DNA of 32,000 bases from Cereibacter sphaeroides 2.4.1 (GTDB lineage Bacteria > Pseudomonadota > Alphaproteobacteria > Rhodobacterales > Rhodobacteraceae). Positions 1 through 8,934 of this stretch are shown here, in pieces. Within the stretch, counting starts at the first letter, position 1, and the number at the start of each line of letters is the position of its first letter. A program made the translations under genes and the position numbers. The stretch covers positions 1 through 32,000 of the forward strand of contig NC_007488.2 in NCBI RefSeq assembly GCF_000012905.2, written 5' to 3'. The notes beneath the pieces are model-generated. The model worked only from the letters and a program-made list of their open reading frames with translations. It made no database searches and was not told where the DNA came from.

Positions 1-1553
1 GAACTGTCGCCTCTTCCTGTCGGGACAATGGAGGATCGGCGGCATGGGATGGGTGCTGATGAGCGAGCGCGAACTGAACCGCATCGAGATCCTGTCGAAG
101 GTGCTCGATCGGAGGATGACGACGACGGAAGCCTCGGTTCTGCTGGCGATCGGCCCGCGTCAGGTGCAGCGTCTGCTGCGACGGTTGCGCGAGGACGGCG
201 CGGCGGCAACGCGGCACGGGTTGCGCGGGCGACCGTCGAACCACCGCCTCTCGCCGGGATTGCGGGACCTTGCGCTGGCCCTCGTGCGGGAGACCTACGT
301 CGATTTCGGCCCCACGCTCGCGGCCGAGAAGCTGGCCGAGCGCGACGGCCTGCATGTGTCGCGGGAGACGCTGCGGAAGTGGATGGTCGAGGATGGGCTC
401 TGGCTGTCGCGTCCTCAGCGCCGGAGGTTTCACCAGCCGCGGCTGCGGCGCGAGCACCTGGGCGAACTGGTTCAGATAGACGGGTCCGATCATCATTGGT
501 TCGAGGATCGCGCACCAGCCTGCACGCTGCTCGTCTTCATCGACGACGCGACGAGCCGGCTGATGGAGATGCGCTTCGTGCCCTCCGAGAGCACCTTTCG
601 CGCTAATTCGCGGCGCTGGATTGCTACTGGACGCGGGACGGCAGGGCAAGGGTTTCTACTCCGACAAGCATTCGGTCTTCCGCGTGGCGAGGCAGGACGC
701 GCGGACCGGCCATGGCATGACGCAGTTCGGCCGGGCGCTGGCCGAGTTGAACATCGAGATCCTCTGCGCCAACTCCTCGCAGGCCAAGGGCCGGGTCGAG
801 CGGGCGAACCGCACCTTGCAGGACCGGCTGGTCAAGGAGATGCGGCTTGCAGGCATCAGCGACATGGAGGCCGGGAACGCCTTCCTGCCCGGCTTCATCG
901 AGCGGCACAACGCGCAGTTCGCCAGGGTGCCTGCCCGGCCGGACGACCGGCACCGGCCGCTGAACCTGCCCCCGGACCGGCTGGCCGACATCCTGTGCTG
1001 GCGCGACCAGCGCTACGTCGGGAACCAGCTCACCTTCACCTACGAGCACCGGCGGATCCTGCTGGAGGAAAGCGACCTCACGCGCGGCATCGTGGGGAAA
1101 TACGTCGACACCTACGCCTTCCCGGACGGACGTTTTGAAGCTCGATGGAAAGGCATCTCGCTCCCCTACCGCAGCTTCGATCCCGAGCAGCAGCATGTCA
1201 CCCACGCGGCCATCACCGCGAACAAGCGGCTCAGCGACGTCCTGGCGCTGGCGAGGAGCCTGCAGGAAAGCCAACCCCCGCGCGTGAGCCGCGTCGGCCG
1301 GCAGCGCACAGTCTACGAGCCGACGGGTCGGCGGAACGACGGCTGGAATTCGAAACTGGCCCGCCGCGCCAGGCAGCGGGCGGACGGGACGGCGAAGCCT
1401 CCCGACATCGCGGCGGAATGACCGTGCGGACCCGGAGCGTTCCGCCCCCGCCGGCCCCGTCCCTACGGCCCTTCCTGACGAGAGCGGGCCGGGGCCGGCT
1501 CAGCCCTGCGACACCGGGACGACATTTCTACTTTGCACGCCAGGCGACACTTT
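1..1553 (+). mobile_element. Insertion sequence copy, ISNCY-family-like (single HTH + DDE/rve transposase). The left end lies at or just outside the window start.
   Basis: Encloses the transposase frames at 44-1421. Candidate terminal inverted repeat: AACTGTCGCCT (2-12) versus the reverse complement of 1543-1553 (AAGTGTCGCCT), 10/11 matched with a perfect TGTCGCCT core. The left flank is not visible, so no target-site duplication can be checked. Confidence 0.5.
44..1421 (+). pseudogene. ISNCY-type transposase, disrupted by frameshift(s) near 564-655
   Basis: The N-terminal part (frame of 44; likely ATG at 59) reads MSERELNRIEILSKVLDRRMTTTEA...GRPSNHRL...VQIDGSDHHWFEDRAP...LLVFIDDATSRLMEMRFVPSESTF. 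The C-terminal part (frame of 621) reads GFYSDKHSVFRV...NSSQAKGRVERANRTLQDRLVKEMRL. Together they make one HTH + integrase-core protein, but in two frames. A TGA at 561-563 closes the second frame upstream. The third frame (607-648, FAALDCYWTRDGRA) may carry the bridging residues, which would imply two shifts. Confidence 0.75.
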
Positions 1554-1732
1554 AACTTGGTGACAACAGTCGGAGCCCGTGCCTTCGGGTCCGGCCGGCG
1601 GCCCCGCTCCCGCCCCGAACGCGGCGGCCGTCCGCGCTTCTTCGCCGATGGCGCGAAGGCGGATTGCCCTCGCCGCCCGCATCTGGTCCAGTCGCGGCCA
1701 AGCGCAGCAACGGCAGAAGAAGCAGATCCGGC

Positions 1733-2095
1733 ATGAAGACTCCGAACGGCCAAACCGCCTCCTGGCCCGCGCCTGCGGCGCCCGACATGCGCCGCAGCGT
1801 GGTGGCGCCCGATCTCGTCGTCGAGGGCGAGATGTCCTCGGCCGGGCCGGTCGACGTGCAGGGAACCGTCGTGGGCGGCGTGGAGGCGCCCGAAGTGGTG
1901 GTCGCGGAGGCGGGCCGCATCGAGGGCTCGGTCACCGCCCACGATCTCGCCGTTCTGGGCCGCATCTCCGGCTCGGTCTCGGCGCGGCAGGTGAGGCTCG
2001 GGCCGAGCGCCGTCGTTCAGGCCCATGTCCTGCACGAGCGCATCGCCATCGAGGCCGGTGCCGAACTGGACGGCCGGCTCCAGCGCAAGGCCTGA
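1733..2095 (+). CDS. Bactofilin (polymer-forming cytoskeletal protein, DUF583 fold)
   Basis: Beta-helical repeat signature: VVAPDLVVEGEMSSAGPVDVQGTVVGGVEAPEVVVAEAGRIEGSVTAHDLAVLGRISGSVSARQVRLGPSAVVQAHVLHERIAIEAGAELDGRL. ATG at 1733 chosen; 1787 is an alternative start and the ORF opens at 1664. Confidence 0.8.
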   Translation: MKTPNGQTASWPAPAAPDMRRSVVAPDLVVEGEMSSAGPVDVQGTVVGGVEAPEVVVAEAGRIEGSVTAHDLAVLGRISGSVSARQVRLGPSAVVQAHVLHERIAIEAGAELDGRLQRKA

Positions 2096-2298
2096 TCCGT
2101 CTCACCTGATCCTTCGCAAGGATCCCGGCATTCGGGAATACCTCCCCCATGCGGCCGAAGGTCCCGTCAGGGGCCTCCCTCCCACGCGCAGCCTCTTCCA
2201 GCGGATCGGGAGTCCCCGATACGAGCACCGCCGCCACGCACGTCGGTGTCTCTCCCAAGCCCGGATGCCCCGCACCGGCTCGGCGCGCGCCCGTCATG

Positions 2299-2520
2299 AT
2301 CCAGCCGCCCGATCTGCCGCGTCCCCTCCTCTCGTGATGAGGAGGCCCACCGGCACTCCGGTCACGTTTTCAGCCAAAGCCAAGCTGCCCGATGTGCCGC
2401 CCTCTCCTCCCTTGAGCCTTGAGGAGAAGGCCAACCGTCGACCCGGCCACGTTCCTGCCAGTGCCAAGCTGACCTGTTCGCCGCCCGCTCCTCCCGCGAG
2501 GAGAAGGCCCACCGGCGCCC
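2299..2520. repeat. Three imperfect tandem units (~80-81 bp period), each with a CTCCTC-loop-GAGGAG hairpin followed by (A)AGGCC(C/A)ACCG
   Basis: Hairpins: 2325-2345 (CCTCCTC/GAGGAGG, 7-nt loop), 2403-2427 (TCTCCTC/GAGGAGA, 11-nt loop), 2488-2503 (CTCCTC/GAGGAG, 4-nt loop). Conserved upstream flank GCC(A)AGCTG.CC.G.T.T.GCCGC in each unit. No convincing coding frame: GC3 is about 70 percent, with AGA/AGG/CGA/TTG codons. Confidence 0.6.
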
Positions 2521-2658
2521 CCGAGCCGCACCGCCGCCCCGCGAGACATCTTGCCCAAGGCAGCGGATCGTCCTTCGCAGGACCTGCGTCCTTGAAAGCC
2601 GCGCTCAGATCGACGAAAGTTCTTCCAGAAACGAAACCAAATGATCGGATGTCTGCCC

Positions 2659-3468
2659 ATGATGCGGAGTCTTGAACGGCACGCCGTCATCCTCGGGCTC
2701 CTGCGCCAGCAGGAGCATGTCACCATCGAGGCCATGGCCGCGGCCTGCGACGCGTCGCTCCAGACCATCCGGCGCGACCTCAACCAGCTCGGCGAGGACG
2801 GGCGGGTGGTGCGCTATCACGGTGGGGCGCGGCTCGCCGACCATGCCCGCAGCGCCACCTACGAGGTGCGGAGCGCGAGCCATGTGCGCGAGAAGGTGGC
2901 GGCGGGCCAGCTGCTCGCCCGCTTCATCCCCGACGGCGCCACGCTCTTCATCGCCGGCGGCTCCACCCTCGCGCTTGCCGCGCAGGAGCTCCGCGCCTGC
3001 GAGGGGCTGACGATCGTCACGAACAACCTCCATGCCGCCGTAACCCTTTATGACAAGACGGGTTTCGACGTCTGCGTCCTGGGCGGCACCATGCGGCCCG
3101 CCAGCGGATCGATGATCGGCGAAGAGGCGGTGCGCATGATCGAGCGCTATTCGCTCGACTTCGCGGTGATCGGCACCTGCGGGATCTCGCCCGACGGCGC
3201 CCTTCTGGAATATGACCAGAGCCTCGTGCCGCCCCTCCTCGCCATGATCTCGAACGCACGCCGCACGGTGCTGGTGGCCGACGGATCGAAGTTCGGCGCC
3301 AAGGGAATCGTGCGCGCCGCCCCCCTCTCGGCGGTGAACCATTTCGTGACCGACCGCGCCCCCGAAGGCCGCGCCGCCGACCTGCTCGCCCGCACCGGGG
3401 TGAAGGTGCATCACCCCGCCAATCCCAACCTGAGCTCGCAGGACGCGGCGGCAGATGGCCGTGAATGA
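2659..3468 (+). CDS. DeoR/GlpR-family transcriptional regulator (N-terminal HTH plus sugar-phosphate-binding domain)
   Basis: MMRSLERHAVILGLLRQQEHVTIEAMAAACDASLQTIRRDLNQLGEDGRVVRYHGGA is a canonical DeoR HTH. The C-terminal DeoR effector domain follows (TLFIAGGSTL...IVTNNL...GG...DFAVIGTCGI). The start is ambiguous among 2641, 2659 and 2662. Confidence 0.85.
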   Translation: MMRSLERHAVILGLLRQQEHVTIEAMAAACDASLQTIRRDLNQLGEDGRVVRYHGGARLADHARSATYEVRSASHVREKVAAGQLLARFIPDGATLFIAGGSTLALAAQELRACEGLTIVTNNLHAAVTLYDKTGFDVCVLGGTMRPASGSMIGEEAVRMIERYSLDFAVIGTCGISPDGALLEYDQSLVPPLLAMISNARRTVLVADGSKFGAKGIVRAAPLSAVNHFVTDRAPEGRAADLLARTGVKVHHPANPNLSSQDAAADGRE

Positions 3469-3507
3469 CCAGAATAGTCCAGAACCGAAGAAAATATCTG
3501 ACTCATA

Positions 3508-3536
3508 TTGACAATAATTCACAACAACGATCATAT
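3508..3536 (+). promoter_or_regulatory. Candidate sigma70-type promoter/operator of the ABC-catabolic operon
   Basis: AT-rich island in a GC-rich context. Perfect TTGACA at 3508-3513, a 17-nt spacer, then TCATAT at 3531-3536. TCATAT also occurs at 3503-3508, so the pair may be direct-repeat half-sites for the adjacent DeoR regulator. Confidence 0.35.
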
Positions 3537-3641
3537 CGGCCCATCCGGTCCCCGTAGCGCGAGGAGGCGCGACCGGATCCAGCGGCCCGTGGAGCGGGCC
3601 GGCCATCGGCCCGGTCAGGACCGGGTCCTCAGGGAGGGAAC

Positions 3642-4931
3642 ATGAGACAGTTCATCATCGGCGCCGCCGTGGCGCTCGTTGCCGTGCCGGCCGCAGCGCA
3701 GGAGTTCGACTGGCGCAAGCACGAGGGCGAGACGATCAACGTCATGCTGAACAACCTCGCCTGGACGCAGCTGATGCGCGACCGGATCGAGGCCTTCACC
3801 GAGGCCACCGGCATCAGGGTGCGCGCCGAGACCTTCAGCGAAGAGCAGTACCGCACCCGCCTGACCACGCTTCTTCAGGGCGGCTCGAGCGAGCTCGACG
3901 TCTTCATGACCCTGCCCTCGCGCGAGGCGCCGCTCTTCGCCTCGAACGGCTGGTATGCCGATCTCGCGCCGCTCCTGAAGGGCGAGGCGACCGATCCGGC
4001 CTACGATTACGACGATTTCAGCGCGGCCCTGCGCCAGAGCGGCGTGGTGGGCGAGACCATCACCAGCGTGCCGATCAACGTCGAGGGCCCGCTCTTCTAC
4101 TGGCGCCGCGACATCTTCGAGAAATGCAACGTCGAGAAGCCCGAATATCTCGAGGATCTGCCCGCCGCGGCCGAGAAGATCCGCGCCTGCGACAGCGCGA
4201 TCACGCCCTGGGCCGCCCGCGGCCTGCGCGGCACCGTGGGCTACCCGCTCGGCGCCTTCGTCTACAACATGGGCGGCGACTTCATGGATGCGGACGGCAA
4301 GGCCTCGCTCTGCCTGCCGGGCACGATCAAGGGCCTCGACCTCTACGGCTCGATGCTGCGCGACTACGGCCCGCCGGGCGCCACCAACCACACCTTCACG
4401 CAGGTGATGGACCTGCTGGGTCAGGGCCGCGTCGCCATGACCAACGAATCCTCGAACGAATTCTCGACCCTGATGAAGCATGAGGGCCGGGCCGAGGACA
4501 TCGGCGTGGATGTGCTGCCCGGCGGGCGCGAGTCCGGCACCTCGAAACCCGTGGTCATCAACTGGAGCCTCGCCGTCTCGGGCCTCTCCGAGAACAAGGA
4601 AGCCGCCTGGTATTTCGTCCAGTGGGCCACCGGCGCCGAGAACCAGGAGGCGCTCGCCACGCAGGGCATCGCCCCCTCGCGCGTCTCGGTCTTCAACGGC
4701 GAAGGCTTCCGCAACTGGGCCAGCGAAAGCCGCCCGCGCGGCGAATGGCTCGAGGCGCTGCTCGAGATCTCGCAGACCGGCTCCTCGCTCTACCAGACCC
4801 CCTCGCTGACCCGGACGCCCGAGGCGCGCGAGATCCTGTCGAACGTGGTGCAGCAGATCGTGCTGGGCCAGACCGACGCCGAAACCGCCGCCTGCGCCGT
4901 GACCGACGAGGTCCAGGCCCTGCAGAACTGA
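3642..4931 (+). CDS. ABC transporter periplasmic substrate-binding protein (carbohydrate, family 1 SBP)
   Basis: Sec signal MRQFIIGAAVALVAVPAAAQE. Strong SD (GGGAGGGA) 5 nt upstream. Typical sugar-SBP length (429 aa) and context, directly upstream of MalF/MalG-like permeases. Confidence 0.9.
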   Translation: MRQFIIGAAVALVAVPAAAQEFDWRKHEGETINVMLNNLAWTQLMRDRIEAFTEATGIRVRAETFSEEQYRTRLTTLLQGGSSELDVFMTLPSREAPLFASNGWYADLAPLLKGEATDPAYDYDDFSAALRQSGVVGETITSVPINVEGPLFYWRRDIFEKCNVEKPEYLEDLPAAAEKIRACDSAITPWAARGLRGTVGYPLGAFVYNMGGDFMDADGKASLCLPGTIKGLDLYGSMLRDYGPPGATNHTFTQVMDLLGQGRVAMTNESSNEFSTLMKHEGRAEDIGVDVLPGGRESGTSKPVVINWSLAVSGLSENKEAAWYFVQWATGAENQEALATQGIAPSRVSVFNGEGFRNWASESRPRGEWLEALLEISQTGSSLYQTPSLTRTPEAREILSNVVQQIVLGQTDAETAACAVTDEVQALQN

Positions 4932-4936
4932 TCGCG

Positions 4937-4978
4937 GCGGGCCTTCGGGCCCGCAGCCCCCGGACCTTCGGGTCCGGG
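4937..4978 (+). terminator. Two consecutive GC-rich hairpins with UUCG tetraloops between the SBP and permease genes (intercistronic attenuator or mRNA stabiliser)
   Basis: GCGGGCC-TTCG-GGCCCGC (4937-4954) and CCCGGACC-TTCG-GGTCCGGG (4959-4978), both perfect stems, start 6 nt after the SBP stop codon. No clean U-tract follows. Confidence 0.5.
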
Positions 4979-5075
4979 TCCCTTCTCTGCCGCAGGCCCG
5001 TGCCGGCCGCAGCCCTCCCCTCCCGTTTCAGCCAGGAGAGCCCCATGCCCCCCCCGGTCCCCCGGCCAGCAGGCC

Positions 5076-5912
5076 ATGTCGGCCCGCTGGATGATCCTGC
5101 CCGCCGTCGTCATGACGCTGGCCATGGTCATCTTCCCCTTGGGCTTCGCCATCTATCTGAGCCTCGGCGGCAACGGCACGCTGCCGGCCCTGGGCCTCGG
5201 CCATTACAGCCGCCTCGTGGCCGACCCCGCCTTCTGGAGCGCGCTGCGCGTGACGCTCGTGCTCTTCGTGGTGGCGCTCGTGCTGCAGCTGGTGCTGGGC
5301 ACCGCGCTCGCGCTGGCGCTCAACCGCTACAATGTGGTGCGCGGGCTGGTGCGGACGGCGATCCTGTCGCCCTTCATGCTGCCCCCCGTCGTGGTGGGCA
5401 TGATCGCCATCGTCGTGCTCGATCCGGGCCTCGGCGCCGCCAACTGGATCCTCGAGAGCCTGGGCCTGCCGCATTTCCTCTGGCTCGCCTCGCCGCGCTG
5501 GTCGCTGCTGGTGGTGGCGCTGATCGACACCTGGCAATGGACGCCCTTCGTGGCCCTGATCGTGCTGGGCGGCCTGCAGGCCCTGCCCGCCCGGGTCTAC
5601 GAGGCGGCCGAGATCGACGGCGCCAGAGGCTGGAGCCTCTTCTGGCACGTCACGCTGCCGCTCCTCGGGCCGACGCTCCTGACCGCCGCCGTGCTGCGCT
5701 CGGTCGATCTGCTGCGCTTCTTCGACATCATCTACATCACCACGCAAGGGGGGCCCGGCAACGCGACCACGACCCTCAACATCCAGGCCTACAAGCTGGG
5801 CTTCGACTTCATGGATGTGGGCTACGCCTCGTCGGTGATGATCGTGCTCGCCCTCATCGTCCTCGGCTCGGTGGTCTTCTTCGCCAGCCTGCGCAAGAAG
5901 GTGTCCTGGTAA
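5076..5912 (+). CDS. Carbohydrate ABC transporter permease (MalF/UgpA-like)
   Basis: Six-TM profile. EAA-type loop [28 protein letters not shown]. Confidence 0.9.
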   Translation: MSARWMILPAVVMTLAMVIFPLGFAIYLSLGGNGTLPALGLGHYSRLVADPAFWSALRVTLVLFVVALVLQLVLGTALALALNRYNVVRGLVRTAILSPFMLPPVVVGMIAIVVLDPGLGAANWILESLGLPHFLWLASPRWSLLVVALIDTWQWTPFVALIVLGGLQALPARVYEAAEIDGARGWSLFWHVTLPLLGPTLLTAAVLRSVDLLRFFDIIYITTQGGPGNATTTLNIQAYKLGFDFMDVGYASSVMIVLALIVLGSVVFFASLRKKVSW

Positions 5913-6724
5913 TGTCCGACACGCCCCGCTCCCGCTGGTCCACCCCCGTCTTCACGATCGGCGCGCTGCTGTTCATGTCGCCGATCCTCTGGATGGCGCT
6001 CTCGAGCCTGAAGAGCCCGCAGGAGGTGACCGCCTATCCGCCGAAGCTCCTCTTCACCCCCACGGCCGGCAACTATGCCGAGCTGTTCGGGCGGACGGAC
6101 TTCCTGCACAACACCTTCAATTCCTTCGTGGTGGCCGGCGCCTCGACCCTCCTCGGGCTCGTCATCGCGATCCCTGCGGCCTTCGCGATCTCGTGGCACC
6201 GGATGGTCTGGCCCGCGACGGTCAGCCTCTTCGCCCGGATGGCGCCCGGCACGCTGTTCCTGCTGCCCTGGTTCATCATGTTCTCGAAGCTCGGCATGGC
6301 GGGCGGCTACACCGCGCTCATCCTCGCCCATGCGGTCATCACCATGCCGCTCGCGCTCTGGATCCTGCTGCCCTATCTCGACGCCACCCCGCGCGAGATC
6401 GTGGAAAGCGGCCAGATCGACGGCTGCCGCAGCGGCACGATCCTGATCCGCCTCGTGCTGCCGATGATCTATCCCGGCATCGTGGTGGCGACGATCATGA
6501 GCTTCGTCTTCTCCTGGAACTACTTCCTGTTCGCTCTGGCGCTCTCGGGCTTCGACACCAAGACCGCCATCGTCGCCTCCTTCAACTTCATCGGCGAGGG
6601 CACGACCAACTGGGGCGCGCTCATGGCCGCGGCCACCGTCATCGCGCTTCCGCCGCTGGTCCTGACCTTCACCGTGCAGCGCTGGCTCGTCTCGGGCCTC
6701 TCCTTCGGCGCCGTCAAGGGCTGA
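5912..6724 (+). CDS. Carbohydrate ABC transporter permease (MalG/UgpE-like)
   Basis: ATG at 5912 overlaps the upstream stop (TAATG, 5910-5914). EAA loop [31 protein letters not shown]. The long upstream extension in the ORF track (from 4622) is a shadow frame. Confidence 0.9.
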   Translation: MSDTPRSRWSTPVFTIGALLFMSPILWMALSSLKSPQEVTAYPPKLLFTPTAGNYAELFGRTDFLHNTFNSFVVAGASTLLGLVIAIPAAFAISWHRMVWPATVSLFARMAPGTLFLLPWFIMFSKLGMAGGYTALILAHAVITMPLALWILLPYLDATPREIVESGQIDGCRSGTILIRLVLPMIYPGIVVATIMSFVFSWNYFLFALALSGFDTKTAIVASFNFIGEGTTNWGALMAAATVIALPPLVLTFTVQRWLVSGLSFGAVKG

Positions 6725-6756
6725 CCGGCCCCGCCCCCCACGCAAGGTTTCCTGAT

Positions 6757-7815
6757 ATGAGCACCGTCCACGTCCGCAACGTCAAAAAGAGCTACTCCGA
6801 CCTGACCGTGATCGAGGATCTGTCCTTCGACATCCACGACGGCGAGTTCATGGTCTTCGTCGGCCCCTCCGGCTGCGGCAAGTCCACCCTCCTGCGCATG
6901 ATCGCCGGGCTCGAATCCTTTCAGGGCGGCGAGGTGGCCATCGGCGCGCGCGTCGTGAACGGCGTGCCCGCGCGCGACCGCAACATCGCCATGGTGTTTC
7001 AGGATTACGCGCTCTATCCGCACATGACGATCCGGGACAACATGTCCTTCGGCCTCAAGATGCGGAAGACGCCCAAGGCCGAGATCGAGCGGCGGGTGGC
7101 GGCGGCGGCCGAGATCCTCCAGATCGGCCACCTGCTCGACCGCAAGCCCCGCGCGCTTTCGGGCGGCCAGCGCCAGCGCGTGGCCATGGGCCGCGCCATC
7201 GTGCGCGAGCCCGACGTGTTCCTGTTCGACGAGCCGCTCTCGAACCTCGATGCCAAGCTCCGCGTCGAGGTCCGCACCGAGATCAAGCGGCTTCATGCCC
7301 GCCTCGGCGCCACGATGATCTATGTGACCCACGATCAGGTCGAGGCCATGACCATGGCCGACCGGATCGTGGTGCTGAAGGGCGGCGCGGTCGAGCAGAT
7401 CGGCACCCCGCAGGAGCTCTATCGCGAGCCGCGCACCCGGTTCGTCGCGGGCTTCATCGGCTCGCCGGGGATGAACTTCGCCCCCGCCCGGATCGAGGGC
7501 GACGTGGCCACGCTCGTGACCGGCGACCGGGTGGCCGTGCGCCGCGTCACCCCCGGCACGGGCGCGGTGCAGGGCGAGATCGGCATCCGCCCCGAACATG
7601 TGCAGCTGGCCGACCCGCACGGCCCGGGCGTCGAGACACTGGTCGATGTGGTCGAACCGCTCGGCGCCGACACGCTGGTCGCGGTCCGGCTCGACGAGGC
7701 GCAGCTCATGGTGCGCCTGCCCGGCGAGATCATCCCCGCCGAGGGCGACCGCCTGCGGCTTTCCTTCACCCCCGGCGCGACGATGGCCTTCGACGCGCAG
7801 GGACTGCGGATCTGA
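6757..7815 (+). CDS. ABC transporter ATP-binding protein (MalK/UgpC-type with C-terminal regulatory/TOBE domain)
   Basis: Walker [11 protein letters not shown]-loop, signature [14 protein letters not shown], Walker [14 protein letters not shown]-loop YVTHD. Confidence 0.92.
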   Translation: MSTVHVRNVKKSYSDLTVIEDLSFDIHDGEFMVFVGPSGCGKSTLLRMIAGLESFQGGEVAIGARVVNGVPARDRNIAMVFQDYALYPHMTIRDNMSFGLKMRKTPKAEIERRVAAAAEILQIGHLLDRKPRALSGGQRQRVAMGRAIVREPDVFLFDEPLSNLDAKLRVEVRTEIKRLHARLGATMIYVTHDQVEAMTMADRIVVLKGGAVEQIGTPQELYREPRTRFVAGFIGSPGMNFAPARIEGDVATLVTGDRVAVRRVTPGTGAVQGEIGIRPEHVQLADPHGPGVETLVDVVEPLGADTLVAVRLDEAQLMVRLPGEIIPAEGDRLRLSFTPGATMAFDAQGLRI

Positions 7816-7842
7816 TCCGCGCCGGACGACAGAGGTAGACCC

Positions 7843-8856
7843 ATGAAGGCAGCGATTTTCGACGGCAGCCCGACGCTCCGGCTGACCGACCTTCCGATTC
7901 AGGAACCCGGCCCCGACGAGGTGCTGATCCGCATCGATTCCGCCACGATCTGCGGCACCGATCAGCATATCCTCGAGGGCAAGTTCTGGGCGAAGCCCCC
8001 GGTGGTGCTGGGCCATGAATTCGCGGGCTACGTCGAGCGCGTGGGCGAGCGGGTGCAGAACTGCAGGCCGGGCGATCTCGTCTCGGTCGAGCCGCATGTC
8101 TATTGCGGCTGCTGCAAGCCCTGCCGGCTCGGCAAGCCGCATCTCTGCCTCGACCGTCTGGCTTGGGGGATCAACCTCAACGGCGGGTTCGAGCAATATG
8201 CCACCGTGCGGATGGACACCGTCTATCAGGTGCCGGAAGGCATCGGCCCCGAAGAGGCGGCTCTGGGCGAGATCACCGGCTGCTGCATGCACGGGATCGA
8301 CCGCGTGGGGGTCGAGCTCGGCGATCTCGTCGTGATCCTCGGCGGCGGCGCGGCGGGCCTGATCCTCGCCCGGCTGGCCGAGCTGCGCGGGGCCGCGCGC
8401 ATCGTCATCTCCGAGCCGAACGCCGCCCGGCGCGAGCAGATCCGCGCCTTCGGCTACCCGGACGTGGTCGACCCGCTGAACGAGGATCTGGCCGCCCGCA
8501 TCGGCGCCCTGACCGACGGGCTCGGCGCCGACGTGGTGATCGAGGCCGCGGGCCGCGCCGAGACGGCCGCGCAGGCGGTGGAGCTCGTCTGCCACGGCGG
8601 GCGCGTCCTCTTCTTCGGCGTGGCCGCCCCCGGCACCATGGCCGCCATCGAGCCGAACCGGATCTTCGCGCGCGAGATCACGGTCGTGGGCTCGATCCGC
8701 AACCCCTATACCCACCACCGCGTGATGGAGATCCTGCCCCGGCTCCGGCTGAAGGACATCGTCACCCACCGCTTCCCGCTGGAGAATATCGCCGAGGCCT
8801 TCGACGCCGCCCACCGCGGCGAGGGCCTCAAGATCTGCATCAAGCCGAACGGCTGA
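7843..8856 (+). CDS. Zn-dependent medium-chain alcohol/polyol dehydrogenase (sorbitol or threonine dehydrogenase-like)
   Basis: Catalytic Zn ligands CGTD...GHEFAG. Structural Zn cysteine cluster CGCCKPCRLGKPHLC. Rossmann motif VVILGGGAAGL. Confidence 0.9.
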   Translation: MKAAIFDGSPTLRLTDLPIQEPGPDEVLIRIDSATICGTDQHILEGKFWAKPPVVLGHEFAGYVERVGERVQNCRPGDLVSVEPHVYCGCCKPCRLGKPHLCLDRLAWGINLNGGFEQYATVRMDTVYQVPEGIGPEEAALGEITGCCMHGIDRVGVELGDLVVILGGGAAGLILARLAELRGAARIVISEPNAARREQIRAFGYPDVVDPLNEDLAARIGALTDGLGADVVIEAAGRAETAAQAVELVCHGGRVLFFGVAAPGTMAAIEPNRIFAREITVVGSIRNPYTHHRVMEILPRLRLKDIVTHRFPLENIAEAFDAAHRGEGLKICIKPNG

Positions 8857-8934
8857 CCCACCCCACCCCGGCCGTGCGCCCCCCCGCGGACCCTCTTCCG
8901 CGGCCGGCGGAGCCATGCCCCTGAAGGAAAGACC

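Noticed and set aside
2299-2520. CRISPR array
   Set aside because: There are only three imperfect units, the repeated portion covers most of each unit so there are no unique spacers of uniform length, and no cas genes are present in the window.
2025-2675. 216-aa plus-strand ORF covering the repeat array as a proline-rich protein
   Set aside because: It overlaps the bactofilin 3-prime end and the DeoR 5-prime end. GC3 is only about 70 percent with many rare codons, there is no SD or clear start, and the repeats are better explained at the DNA/RNA level. It remains an alternative in the findings.
4622-5911. N-terminal 430-aa extension of the second permease ORF, and similar extensions at 6193-6756 and 30109-30309
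   Set aside because: These extensions overlap well-supported genes in other frames and are Arg/Pro/Gly-rich. Internal ATGs with stop-start overlaps or SD sequences give canonical N-termini.
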